The position numbers and the translations under genes were made by a program. A stretch of 64,000 nt of DNA, from NCBI RefSeq assembly GCF_003019035.1, contig NZ_CP027447.1. One strand, written 5' to 3'. This document shows positions 39,779-54,548 of the stretch, piece after piece. The notes beneath the pieces are model-generated. The model made no database searches, had not been told where the DNA came from, and was given only the letters and a program-made list of their open reading frames with translations. The stretch comes from Escherichia coli (GTDB taxonomy: Bacteria; Pseudomonadota; Gammaproteobacteria; Enterobacterales; Enterobacteriaceae). Within the stretch, counting starts at the first letter, position 1. The number at the start of each line of letters is the position of its first letter.

Positions 39779-40552
39779 ATGAAACCTCGTCAGCGTCAGG
39801 CCGCCATTCTGGAGTATCTGCAAAAGCAGGGTAAATGCTCGGTTGAAGAATTGGCGCAATACTTTGACACCACAGGCACAACCATTCGCAAAGATCTGGT
39901 CATTCTGGAACATGCCGGAACCGTCATTCGTACTTATGGCGGAGTGGTGTTGAATAAAGAGGAATCCGATCCGCCTATCGATCATAAAACACTCATCAAC
40001 ACCCACAAGAAAGAGCTGATTGCAGAAGCTGCCGTTAGTTTTATCCATGATGGCGATTCGATCATTCTTGATGCTGGCAGTACCGTTTTGCAGATGGTTC
40101 CCCTGCTCTCGCGCTTTAATAACATCACAGTGATGACCAACAGCCTGCATATCGTCAATGCGCTATCCGAACTGGATAACGAACAAACTATCCTGATGCC
40201 AGGCGGAACATTTCGTAAAAAATCGGCCTCATTTCACGGGCAACTGGCAGAGAATGCCTTCGAGCATTTCACCTTCGATAAATTGTTTATGGGCACCGAC
40301 GGCATCGATCTCAATGCGGGCGTAACCACCTTCAACGAGGTCTATACCGTCAGTAAGGCGATGTGTAATGCCGCGCGCGAAGTGATTTTGATGGCTGACT
40401 CATCGAAGTTTGGTCGTAAAAGCCCCAACGTGGTTTGTAGTCTTGAAAGCGTCGATAAGCTAATTACCGACGCAGGTATCGATCCAGCGTTTCGTCAGGC
40501 GCTGGAAGAAAAAGGGATCGACGTGATCATAACCGGAGAGAGCAATGAGTGA
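39779..40552 (+). CDS. srlR: DeoR-family glucitol operon repressor
   Basis: 257 aa; DeoR-type HTH N-terminus. Confidence 0.9.
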
Positions 40553-41510
40553 AGCACTACTGAACGCGGGACGTCAGACGTTAATGCTGGAGTTGCAGGA
40601 AGCAAGCCATTTACCGGAACGTCTGGGCGATGATTTTGTTCGCGCCGCCAATATCATCCTGCACTGCGAAGGCAAAGTGGTGGTTTCGGGAATTGGCAAA
40701 TCGGGCCACATTGGTAAGAAAATCGCCGCAACGCTTGCCAGCACTGGCACACCGGCTTTTTTTGTCCATCCGGCAGAAGCACTGCACGGCGATCTGGGGA
40801 TGATTGAAAGCCGCGATGTGATGCTGTTTATCTCTTACTCCGGTGGCGCGAAGGAACTGGATCTCATTATTCCGCGTCTGGAAGACAAATCTATCGCGCT
40901 GCTGGCAATGACCGGAAAACCGACGTCACCGCTGGGCCTGGCGGCGAAAGCGGTGCTGGATATCTCCGTAGAACGCGAAGCCTGCCCGATGCATCTTGCG
41001 CCGACCTCCAGCACCGTGAATACCCTGATGATGGGCGACGCGTTGGCGATGGCAGTCATGCAGGCGCGTGGTTTTAATGAAGAAGATTTTGCCCGCTCCC
41101 ACCCAGCCGGGGCACTGGGCGCTCGCTTGCTGAATAAAGTGCATCATCTGATGCGCCGTGATGACGCTATTCCGCAGGTAGCGTTAACCGCCAGCGTGAT
41201 GGATGCGATGCTGGAACTCAGCCGCACCGGTCTGGGGCTGGTGGCAGTATGTGACGCTCAGCAACAGGTACAAGGCGTCTTTACCGACGGTGATTTACGT
41301 CGCTGGCTGGTTGGCGGCGGCGCACTCACCACGCCAGTCAATGAAGCGATGACGGTCGGCGGCACCACGTTGCAATCGCAAAGCCGTGCCATCGACGCCA
41401 AAGAAATCCTGATGAAACGCAAAATCACCGCCGCACCGGTAGTGGATGAAAACGGCAAACTCACCGGCGCAATTAACCTGCAGGATTTCTATCAGGCCGG
41501 GATTATTTAA
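40545..41510 (+). CDS. gutQ: D-arabinose 5-phosphate isomerase (SIS plus CBS domains)
   Basis: 321 aa; overlaps srlR stop. Confidence 0.9.
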
Positions 41511-43021
41511 TCCTTCAGCCCCAGACGTTTCGCCAACCGATGCAAGTTGGCGACGTCGGTTTCCAGCATCCGTGCGCTGGCAGCCCAGTTGTGATGATTT
41601 TGTGCCAGTGCCTGACGAATGGTTTCACGCTGGAACGCTTCTGTCGCTTCACGCAGGTTTTGCTTAACGATAGGCACCGCCGCCGCTTCTGGCGGCGGCA
41701 ACGTCACCTCAGGAAAAGCAAAATGTTGCGCTTCAAGAATCACTTCATCGCCGCTGCGAGTGGCTCTCGCCAGCACTACCGCCCGATGAATAGCATGTTC
41801 CAGTTCACGAACGTTCCCCGGAAAATTGTAGTGTTGCAGTAAATTTCGCGCTCCGGCACTTAATACCACGCGGGAGAGCCCCAACCGCAGGCGGCACTGT
41901 TCGCAGAAATACCCCGCCAGCAGAATGACATCATCGCCCCGCTCACGCAGCGGCGGCACTGAAAGTGGAAACACGCTCAGGCGGTGGAACAAGTCAGCGC
42001 GAAATCGCCCTGCCAGTACCTCTTCGCGTAAGTCACGGTTAGTCGCCGCCAGCACGCGCACATCGACCCGCAAACTGCGGTCATCGCCAACGCGCTGAAT
42101 ATCGCCATACTGCAACACCCGCAGCAGCTTGGCCTGCAATGCCAACGACAACTCGCCGATCTCATCCAGAAACAGCGTGCCGTTATCCGCCATTTCAAAC
42201 TTCCCGCTGCGGTTACTGATAGCGCCAGTAAACGCCCCTTTCACGTGCCCGAACAACTCACTTTCCGCCACACTTTCCGGCAGTGCGGCACAGTTGAGAT
42301 AGACCAGCGGATTCACCGCCCTTGGCGAGGCTTCATGAATCGCTTTCGCCACCAGCTCCTTACCGGTTCCCGTCTCACCGCTGATTAAGACGTTGAGATC
42401 GGACGCCGCCACAATCTCAATCTCTTTTTTCAATTGCGTCATGCCTGGCGACAGACCGATCATCTGCGTCTGTTTCACCGCTTCAAACGGCGCGGCATCG
42501 CCCGGCAGCATATTCTGGCTTTCCAGTTGCTCAATCAGCAACGCATTGCTTAACGCTCCCGCCGCCAGCGCGGCAATCAGGCGTAACTCTTCGTCGCTGA
42601 AAACATCGAACTGATCGGGCTGCATCCCGTCGAGCGTCAATGCGCCGATCAGGTTTTGCCCGGCAAACAATGGCAGACCAACGCAGGCGTGAACCTTCAG
42701 ACTCTCCTGCCCGGGAATCAAACCGTCATAGGGATCGGGCAATTCGCTGTCTGCGGGAAAGCGCACCACGTCCCCGGCGCGGGCAATCGCTTCCAGCCGT
42801 GGATGCCCTTCCAGCGCAAAGCGTCTACCGAGTACATCCTTCGCCAGCCCGTCGATGGCAAGCGGAATAAACTGCCGCGAGTCATAACGTAGCAACGCAG
42901 AGGCATCACACTCCAGCACCTGACGCAGCGTGGTGATCAGGCGCTGAAAACGATCCTGATGACCAATCCCACGCTGCAATTCGATGGCGATATTCGCCAG
43001 CACATCAACGGAAAAACTCAT
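41507..43021 (-). CDS. norR: sigma-54-dependent NO-responsive activator
   Basis: 504 aa; GAF-like N-terminus, AAA+ core with GETGTGKE Walker A and GAFTGA motif, C-terminal HTH. Confidence 0.95.
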   Translation of the reverse strand: MSFSVDVLANIAIELQRGIGHQDRFQRLITTLRQVLECDASALLRYDSRQFIPLAIDGLAKDVLGRRFALEGHPRLEAIARAGDVVRFPADSELPDPYDGLIPGQESLKVHACVGLPLFAGQNLIGALTLDGMQPDQFDVFSDEELRLIAALAAGALSNALLIEQLESQNMLPGDAAPFEAVKQTQMIGLSPGMTQLKKEIEIVAASDLNVLISGETGTGKELVAKAIHEASPRAVNPLVYLNCAALPESVAESELFGHVKGAFTGAISNRSGKFEMADNGTLFLDEIGELSLALQAKLLRVLQYGDIQRVGDDRSLRVDVRVLAATNRDLREEVLAGRFRADLFHRLSVFPLSVPPLRERGDDVILLAGYFCEQCRLRLGLSRVVLSAGARNLLQHYNFPGNVRELEHAIHRAVVLARATRSGDEVILEAQHFAFPEVTLPPPEAAAVPIVKQNLREATEAFQRETIRQALAQNHHNWAASARMLETDVANLHRLAKRLGLKD

Positions 43022-43033
43022 CTTTGCCTCACT

Positions 43034-43089
43034 GTCAATTTGACTATAGATATTGTCATATCGACCATTTTATTGATAGTCATTTTGAC
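43034..43089. promoter_or_regulatory. three NorR binding sites (GT-N7-AC)
   Basis: GTCAATTTGAC (43034-43044), GTCATATCGAC (43055-43065), GTCATTTTGAC (43079-43089) in the norR-norV intergenic. Confidence 0.85.
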
Positions 43090-43143
43090 TACTCATTAAT
43101 GAGCACAATTTTATTTATAGAGTAAAAACAATCAGATAAAAAA

Positions 43144-43159
43144 CTGGCACGCAATCTGC
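43144..43159 (+). promoter_or_regulatory. sigma-54 (-24/-12) promoter of norVW
   Basis: TGGCACGCAATCTGCA fits the GG-N10-GC sigma-54 consensus, about 50 bp upstream of norV. Confidence 0.85.
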
Positions 43160-43207
43160 AATTAGCAAGACATCTTTTTAGAACACGCTGAATAAATTGA
43201 GGTTGCT

Positions 43208-44647
43208 ATGTCTATTGTGGTGAAAAATAACATTCATTGGGTTGGTCAACGTGACTGGGAAGTGCGTGATTTTCACGGTACAGAATATAAAACGCTGCGC
43301 GGCAGCAGCTACAACAGCTACCTCATCCGTGAAGAAAAAAACGTGCTGATCGACACCGTCGACCATAAATTCAGCCGCGAATTTGTGCAGAACCTGCGTA
43401 ATGAAATCGATCTGGCGGATATCGATTACATCGTGATTAACCATGCAGAAGAGGACCACGCCGGGGCGCTGACCGAACTGATGGCGCAAATTCCCGATAC
43501 GCCGATCTACTGTACAGCCAACGCTATCGACTCGATAAATGGTCATCACCATCATCCGGAGTGGAATTTTAATGTGGTGAAAACTGGCGACACGCTGGAT
43601 ATCGGCAACGGCAAACAGCTCATTTTTGTCGAAACGCCAATGCTGCACTGGCCGGACAGCATGATGACTTACCTGACAGGCGACGTGGTGCTGTTCAGTA
43701 ACGATGCTTTCGGTCAGCACTACTGCGACGAGCATCTGTTCAACGATGAAGTGGATCAGACGGAGCTTTTCGAGCAGTGCCAGCGTTACTACGCCAATAT
43801 CCTGACGCCGTTCAGCCGCCTGGTAACGCCGAAAATTACCGAGATCCTGGGCTTTAACTTGCCAGTCGATATGATAGCGACCTCTCACGGCGTGGTATGG
43901 CGCGATAACCCGACGCAAATTGTCGAGCTGTACCTGAAATGGGCGGCGGATTATCAGGAAGACAGAATCACCATTTTCTACGACACCATGTCGAATAACA
44001 CCCGCATGATGGCTGACGCTATCGCCCAGGGGATTGCGGAAACCGACCCACGCGTGGCAGTGAAAATTTTCAACGTCGCCCGAAGCGATAAAAACGAAAT
44101 CCTGACCAATGTCTTCCGCTCAAAAGGCGTGCTGGTCGGCACCTCTACGATGAATAATGTGATGATGCCGAAAATCGCCGGGCTGGTGGAGGAGATGACC
44201 GGATTACGCTTCCGTAACAAACGCGCCAGTGCTTTCGGCTCTCACGGCTGGAGCGGCGGTGCGGTGGATCGTCTTTCCACGCGCCTGCAGGATGCGGGTT
44301 TCGAAATGTCGCTTAGCCTGAAAGCCAAATGGCGACCAGACCAGGACGCTCTGGAGTTATGTCGTGAACACGGTCGCGAAATCGCCCGTCAGTGGGCGCT
44401 CGCGCCGCTGCCACAGAGCACGGTGAATACGGTGGTTGAAGAAGAAACCTCTGCCGCCACGACGGCTGACCTCGGCCCACGGATGCAGTGCAGCGTCTGC
44501 CAGTGGATTTACGATCCGGCAAAAGGCGAGCCAATGCAGGACGTTGCGCCAGGAACGCCGTGGAGTGAAGTCCCGGATAACTTCCTGTGCCCGGAATGCT
44601 CTCTCGGCAAAGACGTCTTTGACGAACTGGCATCGGAGGCAAAATGA
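43208..44647 (+). CDS. norV: anaerobic NO reductase flavorubredoxin
   Basis: 479 aa; metallo-beta-lactamase/flavodoxin fold with C-terminal rubredoxin CxxC...CPxC. Confidence 0.95.
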   Translation: MSIVVKNNIHWVGQRDWEVRDFHGTEYKTLRGSSYNSYLIREEKNVLIDTVDHKFSREFVQNLRNEIDLADIDYIVINHAEEDHAGALTELMAQIPDTPIYCTANAIDSINGHHHHPEWNFNVVKTGDTLDIGNGKQLIFVETPMLHWPDSMMTYLTGDVVLFSNDAFGQHYCDEHLFNDEVDQTELFEQCQRYYANILTPFSRLVTPKITEILGFNLPVDMIATSHGVVWRDNPTQIVELYLKWAADYQEDRITIFYDTMSNNTRMMADAIAQGIAETDPRVAVKIFNVARSDKNEILTNVFRSKGVLVGTSTMNNVMMPKIAGLVEEMTGLRFRNKRASAFGSHGWSGGAVDRLSTRLQDAGFEMSLSLKAKWRPDQDALELCREHGREIARQWALAPLPQSTVNTVVEEETSAATTADLGPRMQCSVCQWIYDPAKGEPMQDVAPGTPWSEVPDNFLCPECSLGKDVFDELASEAK

Positions 44648-45777
44648 GCAACGGCATTGTGATCATTGGTTCGGGCTTCGCCGCCCGCCAACTGGTGAAA
44701 AATATTCGCAAACAGGACGCCTGTATTCCATTAACCCTGATTGCCGTCGACAGCATGGATGAGTACAACAAACCGGATCTCAGCCATGTTATCAGTCAGG
44801 GGCAACGTGCCGACGACCTTACCCGCCAGACGGCGGGTGAATTTGCCGGGCAGTTTAATCTGCACCTGTTTCCGCACACCTGGGTGACGGATATCGATGC
44901 CGAAGCCCATGTGGTGAAAAGCCAGAATAATCAGTGGCGATACGACAAGCTGGTGCTGGCAACTGGTGCCAGCGCCTTTGTCCCGCCTGTGCCCGGGCGT
45001 GAGTTAATGCTGACGTTAAATAGTCAGCAAGAGTATCGCGCCTGTGAAACGCAACTGCGGGATGCCCGACGCGTGTTGATTGTTGGCGGTGGCTTGATTG
45101 GTAGCGAGCTGGCGATGGATTTTTGTCGGGCAGGCAAAGCGGTCACGCTGATCGACAACGCTGCCAGTATTCTGGCGTCGTTAATGCCACCGGAAGTAAG
45201 CAGCCGCTTGCAGCATCGGTTGACGGAGATGGGCGTTCATCTGCTGTTAAAATCTCAGTTGCAGGGGCTGGAAAAAACGGATTCTGGCATTCTGGCAACG
45301 CTGGACCGCCAGCGTTGCATCGAAGTGGATGCGGTAATTGCCGCCACCGGGCTGCGCCCGGAAACCGCCCTGGCACGACGCGCCGGGCTGACGATTAATC
45401 GCGGCGTTTGCGTCGATAGTTATCTGCAAACCAGTAATGCCGATATTTATGCGCTGGGCGATTGCGCGGAAATTAACGGTCAGGTATTGCCGTTCCTCCA
45501 GCCGATTCAACTTAGCGCGATGGTGCTGGCAAAAAATCTTCTCGGCAATAACACGCCGCTGAAACTCCCGGCGATGCTGGTGAAAATCAAAACGCCAGAA
45601 TTACCGCTGCATCTGGCTGGCGAAACCCAGCGTCAGGATTTACGCTGGCAAATTAATACCGAACGCCAGGGAATGGTTGCGCGCGGTGTTGACGATGGTG
45701 ACCAGCTTCGCGCCTTTGTGGTCAGTGAGGATCGGATGAAAGAGGCGTTTGGATTGTTGAAAACGTTGTCGATGTAG
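44644..45777 (+). CDS. norW: flavorubredoxin reductase (NADH-dependent)
   Basis: 377 aa; FAD/NAD-binding GxGxxG motifs; overlaps norV stop. Confidence 0.95.
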   Translation: MSNGIVIIGSGFAARQLVKNIRKQDACIPLTLIAVDSMDEYNKPDLSHVISQGQRADDLTRQTAGEFAGQFNLHLFPHTWVTDIDAEAHVVKSQNNQWRYDKLVLATGASAFVPPVPGRELMLTLNSQQEYRACETQLRDARRVLIVGGGLIGSELAMDFCRAGKAVTLIDNAASILASLMPPEVSSRLQHRLTEMGVHLLLKSQLQGLEKTDSGILATLDRQRCIEVDAVIAATGLRPETALARRAGLTINRGVCVDSYLQTSNADIYALGDCAEINGQVLPFLQPIQLSAMVLAKNLLGNNTPLKLPAMLVKIKTPELPLHLAGETQRQDLRWQINTERQGMVARGVDDGDQLRAFVVSEDRMKEAFGLLKTLSM

Positions 45778-45855
45778 GCATGGTTTTCTCCCTCGCCCAA
45801 AGGGCGAGGGGACTGTCCGCGCTACTTTTAACGCTTAGTTACGCCACATCCGCCA

Positions 45856-48096
45856 CTATGCAGCATGCAGGATGCGCGCCGCAGCAATAACCCCCTGCCC
45901 CAGAGACAAGCCGCCATCACCCGCCGGTAAACTCTGCGGAAAGAGTAATGTGAAATCAGCGAGATAATGCGCCAGGCGTGTACGCAGCAATCGGTTATGA
46001 ATAACCCCACCGCTAAATACCAGCGTAGTGATACCGCGCATCGTGGCCTGCTCACGCATCAACGCGGCAAAACCCTGCGCCAGCGCATCATGAAACGCCC
46101 ACGCGCGTTGATTAACCGGTGCCTGCCAGTTCAGCCACTGCTGCCAGAAAGTGGCGAGATCCAGTTGATTGTCCACCAGCGGTATCGTCACCGGATGCGT
46201 CACTCCGTCGCATGAGGCTGCGAGCGCCTCCAGAGCACAAGCCGCTTCACCTTCATAACTTAACGTGGCTGGCGCACAGCCCAGTGCCGCCGCCACAGCA
46301 TCGAACAAACGCCCACACGACGACGCCAGCGGCGCGTTAATTCCACGCTCAATGGCCCGCGCCAGCACGCTCCAGTTTTGCTGTTGCACACTTGCCGTTT
46401 CAGGGTAATTCTGCCACTCCGGCACAAAGCGCAGGCACTGCGCCAGCAGGTTACGCCACGGCTGCTTCGCCGCAAAATCGCCACCCGGAAGCGCCACCGC
46501 AGGCAAGCCGCCCAGATGCTGGCATTCGCGATAGTTCACCCGCAGACACTCGCCGCCCCACAAAGCGCCATTCTCCCCCATACCGATACCGTCGAGCGTC
46601 AACGCAATGACATCACCGCCATCCAGTGGCCAGTGATGTTCTGCCAGACACGCCGCCGCGTGGGCATGATGATGCAGCACCGTTTGCGTCGGCAGATTCA
46701 TTTCGCGCGCCCACTGGCTGGAGACATAGCCCGGATGCGCGTCATGCACAACGTATTGCGGAGTGAAATCGTAGATGTTTTGCATCAGGCGTAACGCTTC
46801 GCGCCACTGCATCTGGATGCCATCGTCACTTAAATCGCCCAGATGCTGACTCAACACCGCTTGTTCACCGCGCACCAGGCAGAAGGTGTTTTTCAGATCC
46901 GCGCCGAGACACAGCACAGGCGGAACATTTTTAAAGCCCGGAGGCAAAGCCAGCGCATCCGGCACATACCCCCGCGAACGGCGCAGCATTTCGCCGCTTT
47001 CGCGCACCACCGAATCATCCATCCGCTGCACGATGTCGCGGTTATGTATCAAGAATCCGTCGGCAATCCCCTGCAAATCCGCCAGCGCCTGTTCGTTGCT
47101 GATAGCTGGTGGTTTACCGCTCAGGTTGCCGGAGGTCATCACCAGCGGGCATTGCAGTTCCTGTAACAGCAAATGCTGGAGCGGGTTCGCAGGCAACATC
47201 ACCCCAACTTCGTTAAGGCCAGGGGCGATATCATCACAAAGCTCAGGTATGTATTTTTTATCCACCAGCACAATCGGCGCAGCGGGCGTGGTAAGCAACT
47301 GGCGCGCAGCGTCTGGTAAACTTTCTGCCACTGGCAACATGACTGCCAGCGGTTTCGCCGGGCGATATTTGCGCTCCCGCAGTGTTGCCACCGCGTTACT
47401 GTTACGCGCATCGCAGGCGAGATGAAATCCGCCAATCCCTTTGATGGCGACAATGTTGCCCATTTTTAACTGTGCGATAGCTGCCTGTAATGCCGCCTCT
47501 TGTTCTGCATGTTCACCATGACTTACCCATTCAAGATGTGGGCCACACTCCGGGCAGGCCACCGGCTGGGCGTGGAAGCGACGATCGAGCGGGTCGCGGT
47601 ACTCTTTATCGCAGGCCGGACATAGCGGAAACGCCTCCATCACGGTAAACGGGCGGTCGTAAGGCATCGCGCGAATAATAGTGAAACGTGGGCCGCAGTG
47701 AGTACAGTTGATAAACGGATAACGATAACGCCGCTCGCCTGGGGTATTCATTTCAGCAAGACAGGCAGGACAAGTGGCGGCATCGGGAACAATTTGCGTA
47801 TTCATGACGCCGCCTGCGCTCTGGCGGATAGTGAACTCAGTGGGCAGTTGTGACCAGATAAACGGCTCACGCTCGACGCTATCAATACGCGCCAGCGGCG
47901 GGCAGTGCTGATGCAACTGCACAAGAAACGTTTCCGGGGCTTCCAGCAGCCGGACTTCTACGCCATCGCCGTCATTACAGACATCGCCGTGAAGATTTAA
48001 TTGCTGTGCCAACTGCCAGACAAACGGACGAAAACCGACGCCCTGCACTTTGCCACGAATACGCAGTTGGACACCGCAAGATGTGTTTTTTGCCAT
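45856..48096 (-). CDS. hypF: carbamoyltransferase HypF (hydrogenase maturation)
   Basis: ORF 45856..48168; start at [28 protein letters not shown] (acylphosphatase domain), then Zn-finger CxxC pairs and YrdC/Kae1-like domains. Confidence 0.92.
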   Translation of the reverse strand: MAKNTSCGVQLRIRGKVQGVGFRPFVWQLAQQLNLHGDVCNDGDGVEVRLLEAPETFLVQLHQHCPPLARIDSVEREPFIWSQLPTEFTIRQSAGGVMNTQIVPDAATCPACLAEMNTPGERRYRYPFINCTHCGPRFTIIRAMPYDRPFTVMEAFPLCPACDKEYRDPLDRRFHAQPVACPECGPHLEWVSHGEHAEQEAALQAAIAQLKMGNIVAIKGIGGFHLACDARNSNAVATLRERKYRPAKPLAVMLPVAESLPDAARQLLTTPAAPIVLVDKKYIPELCDDIAPGLNEVGVMLPANPLQHLLLQELQCPLVMTSGNLSGKPPAISNEQALADLQGIADGFLIHNRDIVQRMDDSVVRESGEMLRRSRGYVPDALALPPGFKNVPPVLCLGADLKNTFCLVRGEQAVLSQHLGDLSDDGIQMQWREALRLMQNIYDFTPQYVVHDAHPGYVSSQWAREMNLPTQTVLHHHAHAAACLAEHHWPLDGGDVIALTLDGIGMGENGALWGGECLRVNYRECQHLGGLPAVALPGGDFAAKQPWRNLLAQCLRFVPEWQNYPETASVQQQNWSVLARAIERGINAPLASSCGRLFDAVAAALGCAPATLSYEGEAACALEALAASCDGVTHPVTIPLVDNQLDLATFWQQWLNWQAPVNQRAWAFHDALAQGFAALMREQATMRGITTLVFSGGVIHNRLLRTRLAHYLADFTLLFPQSLPAGDGGLSLGQGVIAAARILHAA

Positions 48097-48248
48097 TGAG
48101 TTATTCCCGCCATCATGAATTGCGTAACCCGCCCTGCCGGACACGACAGCGTCGTATCCGGCAATCACAGGTCGGCGATACCGCCCGCTCCGTATTCTAC
48201 GAATATTTCCGGGAATTCCTTTGATGCCAGAACAGTTCAGTAAGATTT

Positions 48249-48776
48249 TTAGAACATCAGCGCCGTACGGCGACGTTTTTCTGCGCTCAGTTGTTCAAGT
48301 TTATTACGATCGACACAAATCAGCGCATGGGTCGGGCAAGCCGCCATACACGCCGGGCCGTCTTCACGATGGTTACAGAGGTCGCATTTATTAGCTTCGG
48401 CTTTGTCAGCGCGTACGTTAAGCCCTGCGCCGCTGTTGCGAATCACCGGACGTACCACCACTTCCATCGCGCCATACGGGCAAGCCACAACGCAGGTTTT
48501 GCAACCAATGCAACGTTCCTGCATCACATGAACAAACCCTTTATCACGGCTGATAGCACCATTCGGGCAGACGTTAGCGCACGGTGCATCTTCACACTGA
48601 CGGCAGACTGTTGCCGTGGAAATGTTCACACCTTTAATGACATGGATTCGCGGTAAAAAAGTTTCCGGGGTCAGCGATGCACAGTCCTGATTCTCCTGAT
48701 GAGAAACCACGCACGCCACTTCACAGGTACGGCAACCAATACATTTACTCGCGTCAGCAATGATGAAACGGTTCAT
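48249..48776 (-). CDS. hydN: 4Fe-4S ferredoxin-type electron transport protein
   Basis: ORF 48249..48791; start at [22 protein letters not shown]; multiple CxxCxxCxxxCP clusters. Confidence 0.9.
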   Translation of the reverse strand: MNRFIIADASKCIGCRTCEVACVVSHQENQDCASLTPETFLPRIHVIKGVNISTATVCRQCEDAPCANVCPNGAISRDKGFVHVMQERCIGCKTCVVACPYGAMEVVVRPVIRNSGAGLNVRADKAEANKCDLCNHREDGPACMAACPTHALICVDRNKLEQLSAEKRRRTALMF

Positions 48777-48924
48777 CAAATTCTCCAGCAATGACAGTTA
48801 ATGCGCCGATACATTCACAAATCATGCCAGTTTTTAATTTACTGTTATTTAAAGAAATTAAATTCTGTAATGCAGGAAAAACGATGTCATCGACACTAGT
48901 GACGATGACATGTGTTGACAATGT

Positions 48925-49935
48925 TTATTGCGAAAGAGCAATGAGGGAGCCGCGGCGGATCAGTTTTCCGCTGAAGGTTTTCGGCGGTGAGAAATCCCCA
49001 CCATCGAGCATAAAAATCAGCCGTCCAATAATTTCCTGAATCATCTCAGTCACCGGAATTTTTACGCTGGAGAGCGCCGGAACGGTGTAGGGGGCAATAG
49101 CGATATCATCGAATCCGATAACTGACACCTGCTCTGGCACCGCTACGCCGCGCTCGTGCAACGCTTTCATCGCACCTATCGCCATATCGTCGTTACTGGC
49201 AACTAACGCGCTAAATTTAGCCCCACGTTCGAGCAACGTTTCTACCCCTTCGGCCCCGCTGGCGGGCGTCCATTTACCGTTAGCGATAAGTTTTTCATTG
49301 AGCGCAATACCATGCTGCGCCAGCGCGTCTTTATACCCGGCAAGACGTTCAACGCTGGTGGGGGAATCCATCGAGCCGGTAAGGAAAGCAATCTCCTGAT
49401 GTCCGGCGTTTATCAACTCTGCCACGGCGTTAAAGCTGGTCTGTTTATGATCGCACCAGACGCTATGGCTGGTGTTTTTGCGCAGGCGGCGATTAAGCAC
49501 CATTATCGGCTGACTGTGTGCGTCAATGATGTCATCAATCTCATCCACGCTTAAAAAACGCGGGTAAATCATAATGGCGTCGCAGCGCAAATCCAGCAGA
49601 TACTGAATCGCCTGGCGCTCTTCTTCGGCGCTGTGTTTACCATCTGCCAATAGCAACTGTCGCCCTTTCTCTTCCGCCATTCGCGCGGCATGAAACAGTA
49701 GTTCACTAAAATAAATGCCGTGGTAAAGCGTGTTGGTCACTACCAGCCCCAGCGTCTGAGTACTCTTCGCCGACAGATTGCGCGCCAGCAAGTTTGGGCG
49801 GTAACCGCTCTCTTCTACCGCCTGAAACACGCGATCTTTAGTCTCCTGGCTGACGTAGCCATTACCTGAAAGCACGCGGGAAACGGTCGCTTTTGAAACC
49901 CCGGCGCGCTTCGCCACTTCCAGCATCGTCGTCAT
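48925..49935 (-). CDS. ascG: LacI/GalR-family repressor of asc operon
   Basis: ORF 48925..50001; start at MTTMLEVAKRAGVSKATVSRVL (336 aa). Confidence 0.88.
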   Translation of the reverse strand: MTTMLEVAKRAGVSKATVSRVLSGNGYVSQETKDRVFQAVEESGYRPNLLARNLSAKSTQTLGLVVTNTLYHGIYFSELLFHAARMAEEKGRQLLLADGKHSAEEERQAIQYLLDLRCDAIMIYPRFLSVDEIDDIIDAHSQPIMVLNRRLRKNTSHSVWCDHKQTSFNAVAELINAGHQEIAFLTGSMDSPTSVERLAGYKDALAQHGIALNEKLIANGKWTPASGAEGVETLLERGAKFSALVASNDDMAIGAMKALHERGVAVPEQVSVIGFDDIAIAPYTVPALSSVKIPVTEMIQEIIGRLIFMLDGGDFSPPKTFSGKLIRRGSLIALSQ

Positions 49936-50193
49936 CATTTTCATCCCTTTACACGCAATCAACGCAGTGTACTGCACCGTTTGCCGATTGTCCTTGCGCA
50001 ATCGGCGGGAAAAATATTCAGGTGACCGGTTTCACAAATATAAAAAATGAACAATTAACTCTCTTGCTTATTTAGTGACAACTATTCATGATTTTGTGAA
50101 ACCGGTTTCCTAATTCCGTTTCAGCATCGGCATTTTCCGTCACGTCGACTGATAACAACTACATCTACCCTACTGATAACAGGATAAAATCCG

Positions 50194-53084
<2,891 letters not shown>

Positions 53085-53091
53085 GTAACCG

Positions 53092-53157
53092 TGCCGGATG
53101 CGGCGTGAACGCCTTATCCGGCCTACAAGGCCCGATAAGCGTTGCGCATCGGGCAAT
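53092..53157. repeat. REP pair (BIME) downstream of ascB
   Basis: GCCGGATGCGGCGTGAACGCCTTATCCGGCCTACA followed by an inverted partner GGCCCGATAAGCGTTGCGCATCGGGCA. Confidence 0.75.
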
Positions 53158-53170
53158 CTGGCGTTTGGCA

Positions 53171-53422
53171 TCAGAGCTGGTTCACCCCATCAAGAACATC
53201 CCCCTTTATCAAGCAACGCTGCGTCAGCGCCAGATCTTCCGATTGCGGGTCGCGCCCGGCGATGGGTTTGAGGACGAGTTTACGGTTGGGGGTATAAGTA
53301 AAACGCGTGAGCGCGGGATAGCTTAACTTGCCAAACCAGCCGTGAACACGCTGCCATTTGGCGTCTTTTACCTGATACAGACTGGTTATCCAGTAACCGG
53401 AATCAAACTGCATATCCAGCAA
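53171..53422 (-). pseudogene. orphan ORF fragment, possibly the 3' remnant of a gene truncated by the adjacent insertion
   Basis: 83-aa ORF with no convincing ribosome-binding site; an in-frame stop lies just upstream of its first ATG; sits between the ascB REP and the prophage-like region. Confidence 0.3.
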
Positions 53423-53636
53423 TTGCGTGTGGCCATTCCTTGATCAGACATGAGATAAATGAAGGGGGATCCGTGAGATAAATAACGAATTGGAGTGGGT
53501 TAACATGGGTTCTGGTGAACAGAACTGAAATTCTTTTTCGTTATACGATAGATAAGTCGGACATTGAAATCATCCTTTCTGGCAACTTAGAATCGAGTTT
53601 GCTGAAACATGACTCGTAACAAAAAGGATGATTCCA

Positions 53637-53798
53637 ATGACTACTCAAAACAATAAGCATGATAGCCTGGATTACTCAGAAAAGCCCAAAAGCAAGCACA
53701 TCGTGACGTTCGAGCGCGATTCCGGTAGAAAAGGAGAATCGTCTTCCTCTGCCAATAAAAACACTATACCGGCAGCTCCTGCTCCGGGGAAAAAATAA
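53637..53798 (+). CDS. hypothetical small hydrophilic protein (53 aa)
   Basis: Hand-translated MTTQNNKHDSLDYSEKPKSKHIVTFERDSGRKGESSSSANKNTIPAAPAPGKK; AAGGA about 10 nt upstream of the ATG; below the ORF-track cutoff. Confidence 0.25.
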   Translation: MTTQNNKHDSLDYSEKPKSKHIVTFERDSGRKGESSSSANKNTIPAAPAPGKK

Positions 53799-53801
53799 AC
53801 A

Positions 53802-54434
53802 TCATTCATCGTTCGTTGCACGAACGCGCCTGATCTCCACTCTGGCAATCTGATCTGCTGGAATATAGGTTGCCAGAGCTCCCCAGTACTTATCAACCAC
53901 GCCTTTATACTCTTCCCATTCGTTACTGCCTGAAGGGCTGCTGTGTGTGACGTAAAGAACCATATCGCCTTTATTCCCCAGGGTAAACGGACCGTTAGGC
54001 CACTCTTCAAAGTTCCCTGGCAGTCGTGACATCATACCGGAACCATCGCGAAGAATCACTCTGACCTCGGTGACGCTGAAGTCTGTTTGATCAAACATTG
54101 CCTGCCATGCTGAGCTGGTATCGTCAGACCATGAAATATCATTATTCCACAGTAATCTGTACATCCATTTGCGACCGTACCTGCGCCACCACGCACCACA
54201 TGTAACAGCACACAGAAGTGCTGGTGGTGTTGCCAGCCAGGCATTCAGACCTGCCCACATAACAGCCTGGTAAGCCATCATTGCTGTCAGGCCAAAAATT
54301 AGCGAAGAAAAAGTCACCTCAATGGGTTTGTGCTGATCCTTCAGCCCCACATTCGCAATAAAATACCCAATATAGCCACTGGTCAGAGTCACCAGTGTTG
54401 CCCATGGCAAATTTAACAACGAAACGTCAAACAT
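53802..54434 (-). CDS. prophage-encoded membrane protein, unknown function (3 predicted TM helices plus about 120-aa soluble domain)
   Basis: ORF 53802..54512; start trimmed to ATG 54434 (MFDVSLLNLPW...), which has an AGGGAG Shine-Dalgarno 6 nt upstream; lies just past the post-mor terminator. Confidence 0.6.
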   Translation of the reverse strand: MFDVSLLNLPWATLVTLTSGYIGYFIANVGLKDQHKPIEVTFSSLIFGLTAMMAYQAVMWAGLNAWLATPPALLCAVTCGAWWRRYGRKWMYRLLWNNDISWSDDTSSAWQAMFDQTDFSVTEVRVILRDGSGMMSRLPGNFEEWPNGPFTLGNKGDMVLYVTHSSPSGSNEWEEYKGVVDKYWGALATYIPADQIARVEIRRVRATNDE

Positions 54435-54471
54435 ATTTTCTCCCTGCATCCTGAATACTACAGAGAGAGCA

Positions 54472-54508
54472 TAAAAAAAGCACGGTAAGGGGTCTACCGT
54501 GCTTTTAT
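54472..54508 (-). terminator. intrinsic terminator after mor (end of the early operon)
   Basis: Minus strand reads GCACGGTA-GACCCCT-TACCGTGC followed by TTTTTTT; A-tract on the other side makes it potentially bidirectional. Confidence 0.8.
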
Positions 54509-54548
54509 ACAATAAGGAGATTTTTGAAAGGACTTTAACAAGCAGGAA

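Noticed and set aside
43178-43918. 246-aa minus-strand ORF
   Set aside because: Antisense to norV, and its 5' part would overlap the NorR-site and sigma-54 promoter region.
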